A stretch of DNA of 64,000 bases from Actinomycetes bacterium (GTDB lineage Bacteria; Actinomycetota; Thermoleophilia; BMS3ABIN01), in assembly GCA_024276735.1 (NCBI GenBank), contig JAJRWQ010000042.1, positions 4,563 through 68,562 on the forward strand. Direction: 5' to 3'. The translations under genes and the position numbers were made by a program. Positions 28,628-38,329 of this stretch are shown here, in pieces. The notes below the pieces were generated by a model that saw only the letters and a program-made list of their open reading frames with translations, did not search any database and was not told the origin of the DNA. Each line of letters opens with the position of its first letter. Position 1 is the stretch's first letter.

Positions 28628-30202
28628 ATGCCAGCGAAAATCAACAGAACGGCTCCTGCGAACGGGCACCCTTGGGAGGATGACGATGAAGGGCGGAGCG
28701 ACCAGGCATCGCTTACTCACCTCGCCAAGGGCGCGGCGATCAACTTCTCCGGCTCCATCGGCAAGAAGGTAATTCTCTACGGCTATACCGTGGTGCTCGC
28801 ACGCCTGCTCATGCCCAGTGAGCTGGGTAACTACTTTCTGATGGCCACCATCGTCACCATTGCCGGGCTCGTCGCCACGGCGGGAATGGGCTTCGGCGTG
28901 GTTCGTTATGTCTCCATGTACGTGGGCGAAGGCAGCTATCGTAACGCCAGGAGGGCCCTGCAGACGGGGCTACGGCTGGCGTTGCCGATCTCGTTTGCTG
29001 CTACCGCCGTGTTGCTGTTCATGGCTCCCAGGCTGGCGGACATTCTCTTCGACGGTAGCAGCACGGCCATGCAGGGCTTGCGCATCTTTTCCCTCGCGGT
29101 TCCTTTCTGGGTGGCGGCGAAGCTGTTCAATGCCACTACCCAGGGAATGCATTACATGCAGTACCAGGTGTACAGCCGGGACTTTGGCGAGCAGGTCTCG
29201 AAAGTAGCCTTGTCGGTGGCTTTCCTGCTCCTGGGCGCGGGCCTGATCGGTGTCGTTTGGGCCAACGTGGGGGCGCTATGCATCGCTACGGCGCTGGCGG
29301 CCTTCTTTGCCTTCAGGATTTTGCCGGCGGCCGATCCCGGTGAAAGGGAAACGGCTTTTCCCACCCGGGAAATGCTATCGTATTCGGCGCCCATGGCAGG
29401 CGCGAACATTCTCAACCAGGCCCTGCTCTGGTCGGACCTGCTGTTGCTGGGCTATCTCAGCACTTCGGCCAACGTGGGTTTTTACGGCGCGGCGATGCGA
29501 CTGGCCACGGCTACCACCATCGTTCTCGGTGCTTTCTGCATCGTTTTCATGCCGATGATCTCCGACTTGAGCAACCGGCAGGAGCTTGACAAGCTGGGCG
29601 CCCTGTTCAAGACAGTCACCCGCTGGGTTTTCACCATCAGCCTGCCGGTGTTTCTATTGCTGGTTCTCTTTGCCATTCCCATTATGAGCGTCTTTGGTTC
29701 CGCTTACGTTGCCGGTAGCGCCGCGCTGGCCCTGCTGGCCCTGGGAAAGATGTTCGACTCCGCGAGCGGCCCGATAGGACACATGGTGATCATGTCCGGC
29801 CACTCGCGGCTGGAGCTGATGAACGTCGCTTTAACCCTGGCGATCAACGTAACTCTCTGCTTCCTGTTGATACCGAGGGTAGGCATGGTGGGGGCGGCGG
29901 TCGCCAACGCTTCCGGGTACTTCGTGCTCAACTTTACCCGGGCGGTGGAGATATGGTTACTGATGCACATACAGGCGTATGATCACGGTTACCTGAAGCC
30001 GGTGGCTGCGGCACTGGTGAGCGTGGCGATGGTATTCCTGGCGCGGTGGATGATCCCCGGCAGCGAGGGGCTGTTCGTGCTGATCGGCCTCGCGCTGGCC
30101 CAGGTAGCCGTCTACGTTGGATGCCTGCTGCTGCTGGGCCTGAACGAGCAGGACCGGATGATAATCGGCGTCATCAAGTCGCGAATGCGCACCATGGCGT
30201 GA
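28628..30202 (+). CDS. Wzx-type polysaccharide flippase (MOP superfamily), copy 1
   Basis: 524 aa, 12-14 predicted TM helices, polysaccharide biosynthesis protein pattern. Paralogous to the 34006..35580 product. Confidence 0.8.
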   Translation: MPAKINRTAPANGHPWEDDDEGRSDQASLTHLAKGAAINFSGSIGKKVILYGYTVVLARLLMPSELGNYFLMATIVTIAGLVATAGMGFGVVRYVSMYVGEGSYRNARRALQTGLRLALPISFAATAVLLFMAPRLADILFDGSSTAMQGLRIFSLAVPFWVAAKLFNATTQGMHYMQYQVYSRDFGEQVSKVALSVAFLLLGAGLIGVVWANVGALCIATALAAFFAFRILPAADPGERETAFPTREMLSYSAPMAGANILNQALLWSDLLLLGYLSTSANVGFYGAAMRLATATTIVLGAFCIVFMPMISDLSNRQELDKLGALFKTVTRWVFTISLPVFLLLVLFAIPIMSVFGSAYVAGSAALALLALGKMFDSASGPIGHMVIMSGHSRLELMNVALTLAINVTLCFLLIPRVGMVGAAVANASGYFVLNFTRAVEIWLLMHIQAYDHGYLKPVAAALVSVAMVFLARWMIPGSEGLFVLIGLALAQVAVYVGCLLLLGLNEQDRMIIGVIKSRMRTMA

Positions 30203-30226
30203 AACTGGAAACCGGGAGTGACCCCC

Positions 30227-31921
30227 ATGTCGAGAGTTTGCATCATCGGACTGGACGGAGCCACCTTCAGGGTGATCGATTACCTGGCCGGGAAGGGAGA
30301 GATGCCGGCGTTTTCCGCCCTGGCCGGCGAGGGAGCCCGGTCGACGCTGCTTTCCACGCGACCGCCGCTGACCCCGGCCGCGTGGGCCTCCTTCTATACC
30401 GGTTTCAACCCGGGTAACCACGGGGTGGTCGATTTCTTTCACCGGGTTCCCGGAACTTACCGTTTGTCGCCGGTGAACGCCGGCTCCATTCACGGTATTC
30501 CCCTGTGGAAACGGGCGAGCGCCGCCGGCATGCGCGTTTGTGTCTATAACGTACCCATGACCTATCCCGCGGCGGAGGTCAACGGGATCATGATCGCCGG
30601 CATGGATGCGCCGCGCCTGGATGAAAGGGCGGTCCATCCCGCCGATTTCCGGGAAAAGCTGCTGGAGGCGGTGCCCGGCTTTTCCATCAACCCGCCGGTG
30701 GATGCGAAGTACATCGACAACAATCATCCCGATCCCACCGGGGAATACATCGCCCAGCTGGAACAACACCTGGAAATGGAGCTGGGCACCATCCGTTACC
30801 TGATGAACCTGGAAGACTGGGACCTTTTCGTGGGGGGCATCAGGTCCACCGATACCCTGCAGCATGTCTTCTGGGAGTCGGTGGAGAAGGTGATCACCGG
30901 CAGCGAGACAACGGCCGAGGACGAGCGGCGGGCGGAGGCGGGATTTGCATGTTACCGGGACATCGACCGTGAGCTTGGTTCCTTCTGGCGCGAGTGGGCG
31001 TCGGGCTCCGACGTGATCATCCTCTCGGATCATGGCTTCGGGCTGTTGCGCAGCGAGGTTTGTGTCAATCGCCTGCTGGCCGATGCCGGTCTCCTGGCTT
31101 TCCGCCGGAAAGGTTTTCGCAGGCGGGCGAAGGAGAAGATCTTCGATGCTGCCCAGCGGCGGCTTCCGCCCCGCGCCCGGCGAAAGATCAAGCAGGCGCT
31201 GGGAAAGGAAGCCGAAGGCGGGCGCGCCGGCATCCTATTCGTGGATGCCCTGGTGGCCGATATCGACTGGAGTCGCACGCGGATCTATTCCCGGGGACAA
31301 TTCGGGTGCCTCTTCGTCAACAAGAAAGGGCGCGAGCCAATGGGGATGGTGGATCCCGGGGAAGTGCCGGCGCTGTTGCGAGAGACCAGGGAGGTCCTGT
31401 CGAGCGTCAAGGATCCCCGGGACGGGGAAAAGATCGTCACGGACTTCTTCCCCGCGGAAGAGCTGTACAGCGGTGCCAGGATGGAAATGATGCCGGACAT
31501 GGTCGTGGTCATGCGTGATTATCTTTTTCGCGGTATTTACAGCACATTTGCCGAATTCAGGGAGAGCGCGCTGGTCAGGCCGCCGCAGCCGGAGAGAAGG
31601 GTGCTCAAGCACAGCGGCAACCATCGCCAGGAGGGAGTGCTGCTGATGCAGGGCCCGGACATCGGGGGCTCCATCGCCGATGGAGCATCCATCGAAGACG
31701 TCGCGCCCACGGTGCTGAGGCTCCTGGGCCTACCGGGAGAGGAAGAGTGTGACGGCAAGGTGTTGGAGCAGGCCCTCACCGGCGAGGCGGCAGCACCACC
31801 CGCCCCGGCAGCCTCCCCGGGAGACCCGGGGTTGTCTGCACAGGAAGAGGCGGGGGGAACCCTGGACAACGACGACGAAGAGGAAATCCGGAGGAGGCTG
31901 GAGGATCTTGGTTATCTCTAG
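30227..31921 (+). CDS. alkaline-phosphatase-superfamily protein (PF01663-like), paralog 2, with C-terminal acidic linker and RLEDLGYL tail
   Basis: CIIGLDGATFRVID...RPPLTPAAWASFYTGFNPGNHGV. GGGAG lies 8 nt before ATG 30227 (alternative GTG 30218). Its stop abuts the start of the next gene. Confidence 0.75.
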   Translation: MSRVCIIGLDGATFRVIDYLAGKGEMPAFSALAGEGARSTLLSTRPPLTPAAWASFYTGFNPGNHGVVDFFHRVPGTYRLSPVNAGSIHGIPLWKRASAAGMRVCVYNVPMTYPAAEVNGIMIAGMDAPRLDERAVHPADFREKLLEAVPGFSINPPVDAKYIDNNHPDPTGEYIAQLEQHLEMELGTIRYLMNLEDWDLFVGGIRSTDTLQHVFWESVEKVITGSETTAEDERRAEAGFACYRDIDRELGSFWREWASGSDVIILSDHGFGLLRSEVCVNRLLADAGLLAFRRKGFRRRAKEKIFDAAQRRLPPRARRKIKQALGKEAEGGRAGILFVDALVADIDWSRTRIYSRGQFGCLFVNKKGREPMGMVDPGEVPALLRETREVLSSVKDPRDGEKIVTDFFPAEELYSGARMEMMPDMVVVMRDYLFRGIYSTFAEFRESALVRPPQPERRVLKHSGNHRQEGVLLMQGPDIGGSIADGASIEDVAPTVLRLLGLPGEEECDGKVLEQALTGEAAAPPAPAASPGDPGLSAQEEAGGTLDNDDEEEIRRRLEDLGYL

Positions 31922-33268
31922 GTGCCCATGAACGCGATACGCACAGAGAAGCTGGGCATGGCGGCCTTGTTCGGCCTGGCCGTGTTGATCGTTACCCTGG
32001 CGGTGGCGGTTTTCTTCCCGGAGACGTTTGCCGTGGTGGGGCCGAAGCTGGGAGGAAATCACCTCACGCCCCTTACTCTGGTAACTCCCTTCCTGATCGG
32101 CGCCTTCATCATTTTCGCCTGGAAAAAGGAGACCAGGCTCAAGCATACGCTGCTGGACCTTGTCGTTGCTGGGCTGGCGGTTTACATGGCGGTGCGGAAC
32201 CTGGTGGGAGACGCCCCGGCCGGGGCGGTGAAGTACGCGCTCTTCTTTTTCTCCCTGTACTATGTTTCCGCGGTCCTGGCCGAGAAGGTGGCGGGCCGGA
32301 AGGTGTTGTTCAGCGCGGCGGTAGTATTCCTGGCGGTCGTCGTCTTCTACGGCCTCGTGGAGTATGCCCTCGGGGAGAACCCCCTGTACCACACGCTGAC
32401 CGCGAAAACGATCCCTCCTTCCTCGGGCGACTATTACCGGGTTGGTTCCACGCTGGCTCATCCAATTTCACTGGCTGCCTTCCTGCTACAGATGACCCCT
32501 TTTGCCCTTTACTGGTGGCTGGGCTCGAAACAGCGCTGGCGCAAGCTGGTGGGCGCCGTCGTGTCGCTGCTTTCCGGCTTCGTGCTTTTTCTGAGTTTCA
32601 CCAGGAGCAGCATACTGATAGCCGCGGGCGGCATCGTGGCCCTGATAACCGTGACGCTGCGGCGCAACCGAAAAGATCTCATGCTGGGAATGCTGGCACT
32701 GGTGGCAGTGGCATGGCTGCTGACCGTGATATGGTTCGAAGACCTTTCCCAGGTGGCCAATCGGAACATGAGCCTTCGCCAGCGGCAGCTTGCCTGGGGC
32801 ATCGCCGTGCGGGCGGTACCCGGCAAGCCGGTTTTTGGAGCCGGCTACGGCCAGGCGGCGGCGGAGTTGAGGCGCCTCGATGAGCGGGCGGAGTTCCTTT
32901 ACCAATACACGGGCAGGAACGTGGCCGTCGACAACCAGTACCTTTCTTCCATCGTCGAGGGGGGTTTCATCCAGCTGCTCTTGCTGCTGGCGGTGCTGGT
33001 GCTGGTGGTGTGTGCAGGCTTCGGCCGCCTTCGCAGTGACATGAGTGCCGGCAACCCCATGTGGCCGCCGCTGACGGGGATAGTGCTGCTGATGCTGAAC
33101 GCGGCACTTTTCGACCCTCTCAGCATTTGGTCTAACCTCACTGTTTTCTGGTTCGAAGTGGGACTGGTGCGGGGCATCAGCGACGCCGGGCGCACGGGGA
33201 CCGTTGCTTGTTTGGTACCACCAGGCGAATATAATGGAGCGATCGAAACGAGTGATGCCGATGACTGA
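31922..33268 (+). CDS. O-antigen ligase / Wzy-like polymerase family membrane protein, copy 1
   Basis: Polytopic membrane protein with the Wzy_C-type motif LSFTRSSILIAAGG. Start GTG 31922 or ATG 31928. Confidence 0.65.
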   Translation: MPMNAIRTEKLGMAALFGLAVLIVTLAVAVFFPETFAVVGPKLGGNHLTPLTLVTPFLIGAFIIFAWKKETRLKHTLLDLVVAGLAVYMAVRNLVGDAPAGAVKYALFFFSLYYVSAVLAEKVAGRKVLFSAAVVFLAVVVFYGLVEYALGENPLYHTLTAKTIPPSSGDYYRVGSTLAHPISLAAFLLQMTPFALYWWLGSKQRWRKLVGAVVSLLSGFVLFLSFTRSSILIAAGGIVALITVTLRRNRKDLMLGMLALVAVAWLLTVIWFEDLSQVANRNMSLRQRQLAWGIAVRAVPGKPVFGAGYGQAAAELRRLDERAEFLYQYTGRNVAVDNQYLSSIVEGGFIQLLLLLAVLVLVVCAGFGRLRSDMSAGNPMWPPLTGIVLLMLNAALFDPLSIWSNLTVFWFEVGLVRGISDAGRTGTVACLVPPGEYNGAIETSDADD

Positions 33269-33965
33269 ACCTCTCTTTTTCAAGGAATACGCACGACGCC
33301 TGCGCCACGAGCCCGACTACTTCCAGCAGGAAGTGGACAGGCACCTGTTCGAGGGCGCGGTGGTGCTGGACGCCGGCTGCGGTAGCGGTGAGTTCGGTGT
33401 TCTCAGGAAATGTGGCGACCGTGCCGGCAGGATCATTGGCATGGATATCAGCGCCGAGGCACTGGCCCGCAACCAGACCATCGACGAGAGCATCGTTGGT
33501 TCGCTGGACAACATACCGCTGGAAAGCAGCTCTATCGACCTCATAGTTTGTGAATCCGTCTTCGAGCACCTGGAGCACCCGCAACCGGTATTTTCGGAAT
33601 TTTCCAGGGTGTTGAAGCGGGACGGGGTCCTGGTGATGAGAACCTTCAACAAGTGGAACTGGGCCAATTTCATCAGTGCCTGCCTACCGGTGGGCGTGAG
33701 GACACGCTTGAAAGGACACCTGCTTTCCGAAGACAGCGAGGGCACCTTCGAGACATATTACCGCTGCAACACGCGCAAGCGGTTGCAGCAGCTTTGTGCG
33801 AATGCCGGCCTGCGGGAGGAGAAGTTCATTACCTTCGGTGCCTGGCCCGGGTACTGGAGTAGCAGGTTCATGGTCTCCCTGTTCGCCCTGTATGAAAAGG
33901 TCACCGATTTCGGCGCACTCAGGAAAGGGAAGGTGTTGATCGTGGGGGTGTACCGGAAATGCTGA
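33255..33965 (+). CDS. class I SAM-dependent methyltransferase
   Basis: VLDAGCGSGEF motif. Overlaps the end of the preceding gene by about 14 nt. Confidence 0.7.
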   Translation: MPMTEPLFFKEYARRLRHEPDYFQQEVDRHLFEGAVVLDAGCGSGEFGVLRKCGDRAGRIIGMDISAEALARNQTIDESIVGSLDNIPLESSSIDLIVCESVFEHLEHPQPVFSEFSRVLKRDGVLVMRTFNKWNWANFISACLPVGVRTRLKGHLLSEDSEGTFETYYRCNTRKRLQQLCANAGLREEKFITFGAWPGYWSSRFMVSLFALYEKVTDFGALRKGKVLIVGVYRKC

Positions 33966-34005
33966 CTGGTTCAAAGCCGGGATCGGTATCTGCGGGATCA
34001 TCCGG

Positions 34006-35580
34006 GTGTTAGCCACGCGCAACACCGGAGAGAACGGCCGGGCAGCAGGCGGCGGCAGCCAGCCGCATAGCGGTCCGGAACCCGGAGAATTCGGCCTGCT
34101 GGCGAGCGTCATCAAGGGAGCCGGTATCAACATGTTTGGTACCGCCTTCCACGTGGCGATGACCTTCGCCTACGCCATCTTTCTCGCCCGCGTACTGTCA
34201 CCGTCCGAGCTGGGGCATTACTTCATTGGTTTCACGGTCATCAGCCTGCTGACCATCGTGGCCGACTTTGGGCTGGATTATGCCCTTTGGCGTTTTGTCG
34301 CGCTCTTTACCGGGGAGAAAGATCTCCCTCGCGCCCGCGGCGTAGTTTGGGCGTCGATCGCCACGGTGTTGCCGCTGAGCGTTTTACTGGCAGTGGCCCT
34401 GAGCGCCGCTGCCGGCTTCCTTGCCGACGACATCTTCCAGATGGAAGGGCTGGACACCGTTCTCAGGCTCTTCAGTATCTCCCTGCCCCTGCTGGCGATG
34501 GGGAAGGTCCTGAACGCAGCCACGCAGGGCCTGGGGCTGATGCGCTACCAGGTATACAGCAAGAATATCGGCGAGCAGGTGTCCAAGTTCGTATTCACCG
34601 CTGCCTTTGTTTTCACCGGCCTCGGGCTCACGGGAGTCATGTATGCCAACATCGTGGCGCCGCTCATCTCCATGCTGATGGCCTGGCGTTTTCTGCGTGG
34701 CAAGATGAGTGTCTTCGGCGCCGGGCTCAAGCGCATGGTCGAGTACGGCAAGATCATCAGATTTTCGACGCCCATGATGGTTTCGGCCACGTTGGGATTC
34801 CTTTTGTTGTGGGTGGACACCTTGTGGCTGGGTTATTTTCGCACGTCGGAAGACGTGGGCCTTTACAGCGTCGCGACCAGGGTGGCCATACTGGGAACCC
34901 TGGTGTTGACTGCTTTCAATACCATGCTCTCACCGGTGATATCCGACCTCTACAACCGTCACAAGAGGAACCTTCTCGAGGTGGTATTCAAGACTGTCAG
35001 TCGCTGGATATTCATGCTGACGCTGCCCATGTTCCTGGTTGTAATCCTGTTCGCCGATGAAATCCTAGGCATTTTTGGCCCCAAGTTCACCGTCGTCTCG
35101 GCGAGCCTGATAATCTTGGCGGTGGGGCAGTTTATCAATTCCGCTACCGGCCCCGTGGCCGGCATGGTGGCAATGTCCGGCCGGTCGTGGCTGGAGCTGA
35201 TAAACAACGCTCTCGCATGCCTGATCAACGTGATCATCTGCCTGCTGCTGATTCCACCGCTGGGCATCGTCGGTGCAGCCGTGGCCAATGCCTGTGCGAT
35301 CGCATCGGTGAACCTGGTGCGGCTGGCCGAGGTATACGTGCTCATGCGCATGCAGTGTTTCACCGTGGGACACCTGAGGCCGCTGTTTGCCGCGCTAGTG
35401 GCCGCTGCCCTGGTAGTGACAGCTGATTTTGTCCTCGCCCCGCCGCGCTCGCTGGAGCTTCTCCTGTTTGCAGCATTCGTTGTCGTGTACGGGGTGATGA
35501 TGGTGCTGATGGGGTTTGACAAGAAAGATGTGGCCGTGGCCAAGCTGCTGCGTGACCAGCTGGCCGGCGTGCCATCTTAG
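34006..35580 (+). CDS. Wzx-type polysaccharide flippase (MOP superfamily), copy 2
   Basis: Colinear with copy 1 (KGAGINMFGTAF vs KGAAINFSGSIG; YSKNIGEQVSKF vs YSRDFGEQVSKV). GTG start uncertain. Confidence 0.75.
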   Translation: MLATRNTGENGRAAGGGSQPHSGPEPGEFGLLASVIKGAGINMFGTAFHVAMTFAYAIFLARVLSPSELGHYFIGFTVISLLTIVADFGLDYALWRFVALFTGEKDLPRARGVVWASIATVLPLSVLLAVALSAAAGFLADDIFQMEGLDTVLRLFSISLPLLAMGKVLNAATQGLGLMRYQVYSKNIGEQVSKFVFTAAFVFTGLGLTGVMYANIVAPLISMLMAWRFLRGKMSVFGAGLKRMVEYGKIIRFSTPMMVSATLGFLLLWVDTLWLGYFRTSEDVGLYSVATRVAILGTLVLTAFNTMLSPVISDLYNRHKRNLLEVVFKTVSRWIFMLTLPMFLVVILFADEILGIFGPKFTVVSASLIILAVGQFINSATGPVAGMVAMSGRSWLELINNALACLINVIICLLLIPPLGIVGAAVANACAIASVNLVRLAEVYVLMRMQCFTVGHLRPLFAALVAAALVVTADFVLAPPRSLELLLFAAFVVVYGVMMVLMGFDKKDVAVAKLLRDQLAGVPS

Positions 35581-35778
35581 CCGGAGCTTGTCCTCCAGTC
35601 ACCGCGGGAAGAGAAAATGTGTATACTTAGTAGCTGGAGCTTTGTGATACCGAGAAGGGTACTGGCAGGCACCCGCTGCATTCGTGCGTGGAGAACTCAA
35701 TGCCGGGACGCTATCGGCCGATTGAGGGTTTGTTCGGTCCAAAGCAGTCCGGGATTAGCGTAGAGAAAGGATTATTTC

Positions 35779-36576
35779 GTGGACCTGATTGAGCTGCTGA
35801 GTATCATCCGGCGGAGCAAATGGATAATACTAGTGGTGACACTCATCGTTACCTCGGTGGTGGCGTACCGGGCATTCAGTGCCCCGCCCCGGTATGAAGC
35901 CGAGGTTATCATGACCGTGGGGGATTTTTCTCCTTCCGGAAAGAGTTTCAGTGATGAAGACATTATCGCCGCCAGCTATGCCGAGCTGGTGAATACCCCC
36001 CTGGTACAGGAGAAGGCTTTCGGGGAAACCGGCGTTTCCGGCGTTTCCGTGGTTCCCGTAACCGAGAAAGACAGTCCCCTGCTGCGGCTTACCGGCAGCG
36101 GATCGGAACCCGAGGCCGTGGCAGACGCGACCAACGCGGTGGCGACGGCCCTGGTGGACCGGGTTTCGGAAATCCAGATGGATATGCTGGAGAACTCGCG
36201 GCAGCGGCTGCTGGGCGAACTTACCAGGGTGGAAGGAGAGTTGTCCGGAGAAAAGGCAAAGCCGCAGGCGGACAGCAACAGGATCAACGCCCTGCAGGGC
36301 TACAGGCTGTCGTTGCTCAAGCAGAGTGAAGAGCTGGCGCTGCAGATGGGAGAGGGGCCGAACCTGACGGTGGTTTCTGCTGCAACCGAGAGTCACTTCA
36401 TCCCGGCCAGGTCACTGAGGAAAACGATACTGGGCCTGGCGATTGGTTTGCTTGGAGGGATCGTTGTCGGTTTCGTCTATCAATCGCTGAAAAAGGCGAT
36501 CGAGGGTGGCCGGGCTGAGCGAGCCGCGGGGGTGGCCCACCCGGGAACTGCCGCGAGTCCGGAAACTACTGATTGA
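35779..36576 (+). CDS. Wzz-like chain-length determinant (polysaccharide co-polymerase) protein
   Basis: N-terminal TM helix (RRSKWIILVVTLIVTSVVAY), coiled-coil periplasmic region, C-terminal TM helix (ILGLAIGLLGGIVVGFVY). No BY-kinase partner in the window. Confidence 0.6.
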   Translation: MDLIELLSIIRRSKWIILVVTLIVTSVVAYRAFSAPPRYEAEVIMTVGDFSPSGKSFSDEDIIAASYAELVNTPLVQEKAFGETGVSGVSVVPVTEKDSPLLRLTGSGSEPEAVADATNAVATALVDRVSEIQMDMLENSRQRLLGELTRVEGELSGEKAKPQADSNRINALQGYRLSLLKQSEELALQMGEGPNLTVVSAATESHFIPARSLRKTILGLAIGLLGGIVVGFVYQSLKKAIEGGRAERAAGVAHPGTAASPETTD

Positions 36577-36621
36577 CCTTGGTGAGGCGTCATCGGGCCG
36601 TGGCGGCCTCCGGGAAGCCGG

Positions 36622-37566
36622 ATGGATCTATCTGTAATAATCGTTAATTGGCGTACTCGTGATCTCTTGCGGGATTGCCTGTCTCACGTCGACGATGCAT
36701 GTCGCGGCATAACCGCCGAGACAATCGTTATTGACAATGGATCGTCCGACGGGAGCGTCGAGATGGTCAGGGAGCGGTTTCCCGACGTGCGGCTGATTGA
36801 AAATGCCCGCAACCTGGGGTTCGCCAGGGCAGCAAACCAGGGGATCGAAGCCAGCTGGGGCAAGTACATCGCCCTTGTCAACTCCGATACCATGCTATCA
36901 CCTGGCTCGCTGGCGGGGATGACGAAGTTTATCGACGGGCATCGTGACGTGGGGGCGGTGGGTTGCCAGTTGCTCTGGCAGTCGGGGAAGATGCAGTACA
37001 GCGGCGGTTCTGCGCCGACTATCGGTGCTGCCCTCCGGCAGCTGTTGATGCTGCCAAACATCACCGGCGGCCGTCTTACCGGCGTTTTCATGAACGTAAG
37101 GGACAACGGCGAGGCCCAGGAAGTCGACTGGGTTTGCGCTGCCTGCATGGTCGTTTCCCGGGAAGCAGTGGATAATGTAGGTCCGCTCACGGAGCAGAGA
37201 TTCATGTACGCGGAAGACATCGACTGGGGACTGAGGATGAAGGCGGCGGGGTGGAAAGTAATGCTGTTGCCCTGGATCAGGGTCGTTCATTACGGCGGCG
37301 CAAGCGGGTCGTGGCAAACCGGAGGCGGTCATACGGCTTGGCTGGAAGGACTTTTCGACGTGGCAAGGGATAATCACCAGGCAGGCGGTTATACCGTTTT
37401 CGGTTTGCTGATGTCGGCATCGTTCGCGATCAAGACCGTGGTGTATTCGCTTGTTTCCCTCGCCCGGGGCGGGCGGGGCAGTATGGCTGCGCGAGCGGCA
37501 GCCCAGAGGAACTACCTGAATACCTCTCTCGCATTGACCATGAGACGGCCGGCTGCCAAGAAATGA
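36622..37566 (+). CDS. family 2 glycosyltransferase
   Basis: LSVIIVNWRTRDLL...VIDNGSSDGS...ALVNSDT GT-A fold with DxD. Confidence 0.8.
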   Translation: MDLSVIIVNWRTRDLLRDCLSHVDDACRGITAETIVIDNGSSDGSVEMVRERFPDVRLIENARNLGFARAANQGIEASWGKYIALVNSDTMLSPGSLAGMTKFIDGHRDVGAVGCQLLWQSGKMQYSGGSAPTIGAALRQLLMLPNITGGRLTGVFMNVRDNGEAQEVDWVCAACMVVSREAVDNVGPLTEQRFMYAEDIDWGLRMKAAGWKVMLLPWIRVVHYGGASGSWQTGGGHTAWLEGLFDVARDNHQAGGYTVFGLLMSASFAIKTVVYSLVSLARGGRGSMAARAAAQRNYLNTSLALTMRRPAAKK

Positions 37567-38288
37567 GCATGAACCTGGCGCCACAACGGTTACTGGAACG
37601 GGCCGTCTGCCGGGCTAGGCGAAATTACGATTACCGGCTCGACCCCGAACTGGGCGCCATGGCGGCGACCCGGCTGATAGCACAGAAGTCTGCCTGTGCC
37701 GCCAGGGGGTTGCTACAGGGCATGCGCCTGCGCAGCTGCGGAATGCCGCTTTTCGTGGGAAGGCGGGTCATTATCAGGCACCCCGACATGTTATCTCTCG
37801 GCAAAGGGGTAGTCATCGACGATGGCGTCATCATCGAGGCCCTGTCCCGCCGTGGGGTAACCATCGGGGACGGAACAACGATAGAAAAAATGGCCCTGAT
37901 CAGGGTGACCGGCGTGCTCAGCAACCTGGGTGAAGGATTGACCATCGGCAGCTATTGTTCGGTAGGAGCGTTTTCCTACCTGGGTGCGGCGGGCGGTATC
38001 AGCATCGGTAACAACGTGCTGGTGGGGCAGAGGGTGAGCCTGCATGCCGAGAATCACATTTTCGATGACGCGGAGAGACCGATTCGCGAGCAGGGGGTCA
38101 GCAGGCGTGGTATCAGGATCGAGGACGATTGCTGGATCGGCTCGGGGGTGGTGATCCTGGACGGGGTGACGATCGGTCCCGGGACGGTCATTGGTGCCGG
38201 CAGCATCGTCACCGAGGATATTCCCGGCGGCTCGGTGACCGTAGGCGCACCCGCCAGGGTCATCAGGCGCAGGGGAGAGAGCGATTGA
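37563..38288 (+). CDS. hexapeptide-repeat (left-handed beta-helix) acetyltransferase
   Basis: Repeated [LIV]G..... hexapeptides (IGNNVLVGQRVSL, IGSGVVILDGVTIGPGTVIGAGSIV). ATGA overlap with the GT2 gene. Confidence 0.75.
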   Translation: MSMNLAPQRLLERAVCRARRNYDYRLDPELGAMAATRLIAQKSACAARGLLQGMRLRSCGMPLFVGRRVIIRHPDMLSLGKGVVIDDGVIIEALSRRGVTIGDGTTIEKMALIRVTGVLSNLGEGLTIGSYCSVGAFSYLGAAGGISIGNNVLVGQRVSLHAENHIFDDAERPIREQGVSRRGIRIEDDCWIGSGVVILDGVTIGPGTVIGAGSIVTEDIPGGSVTVGAPARVIRRRGESD

Positions 38289-38329
38289 GCATGCAACCGG
38301 CAGAGATGGTTCCCCGGGAGGTCAAGGGG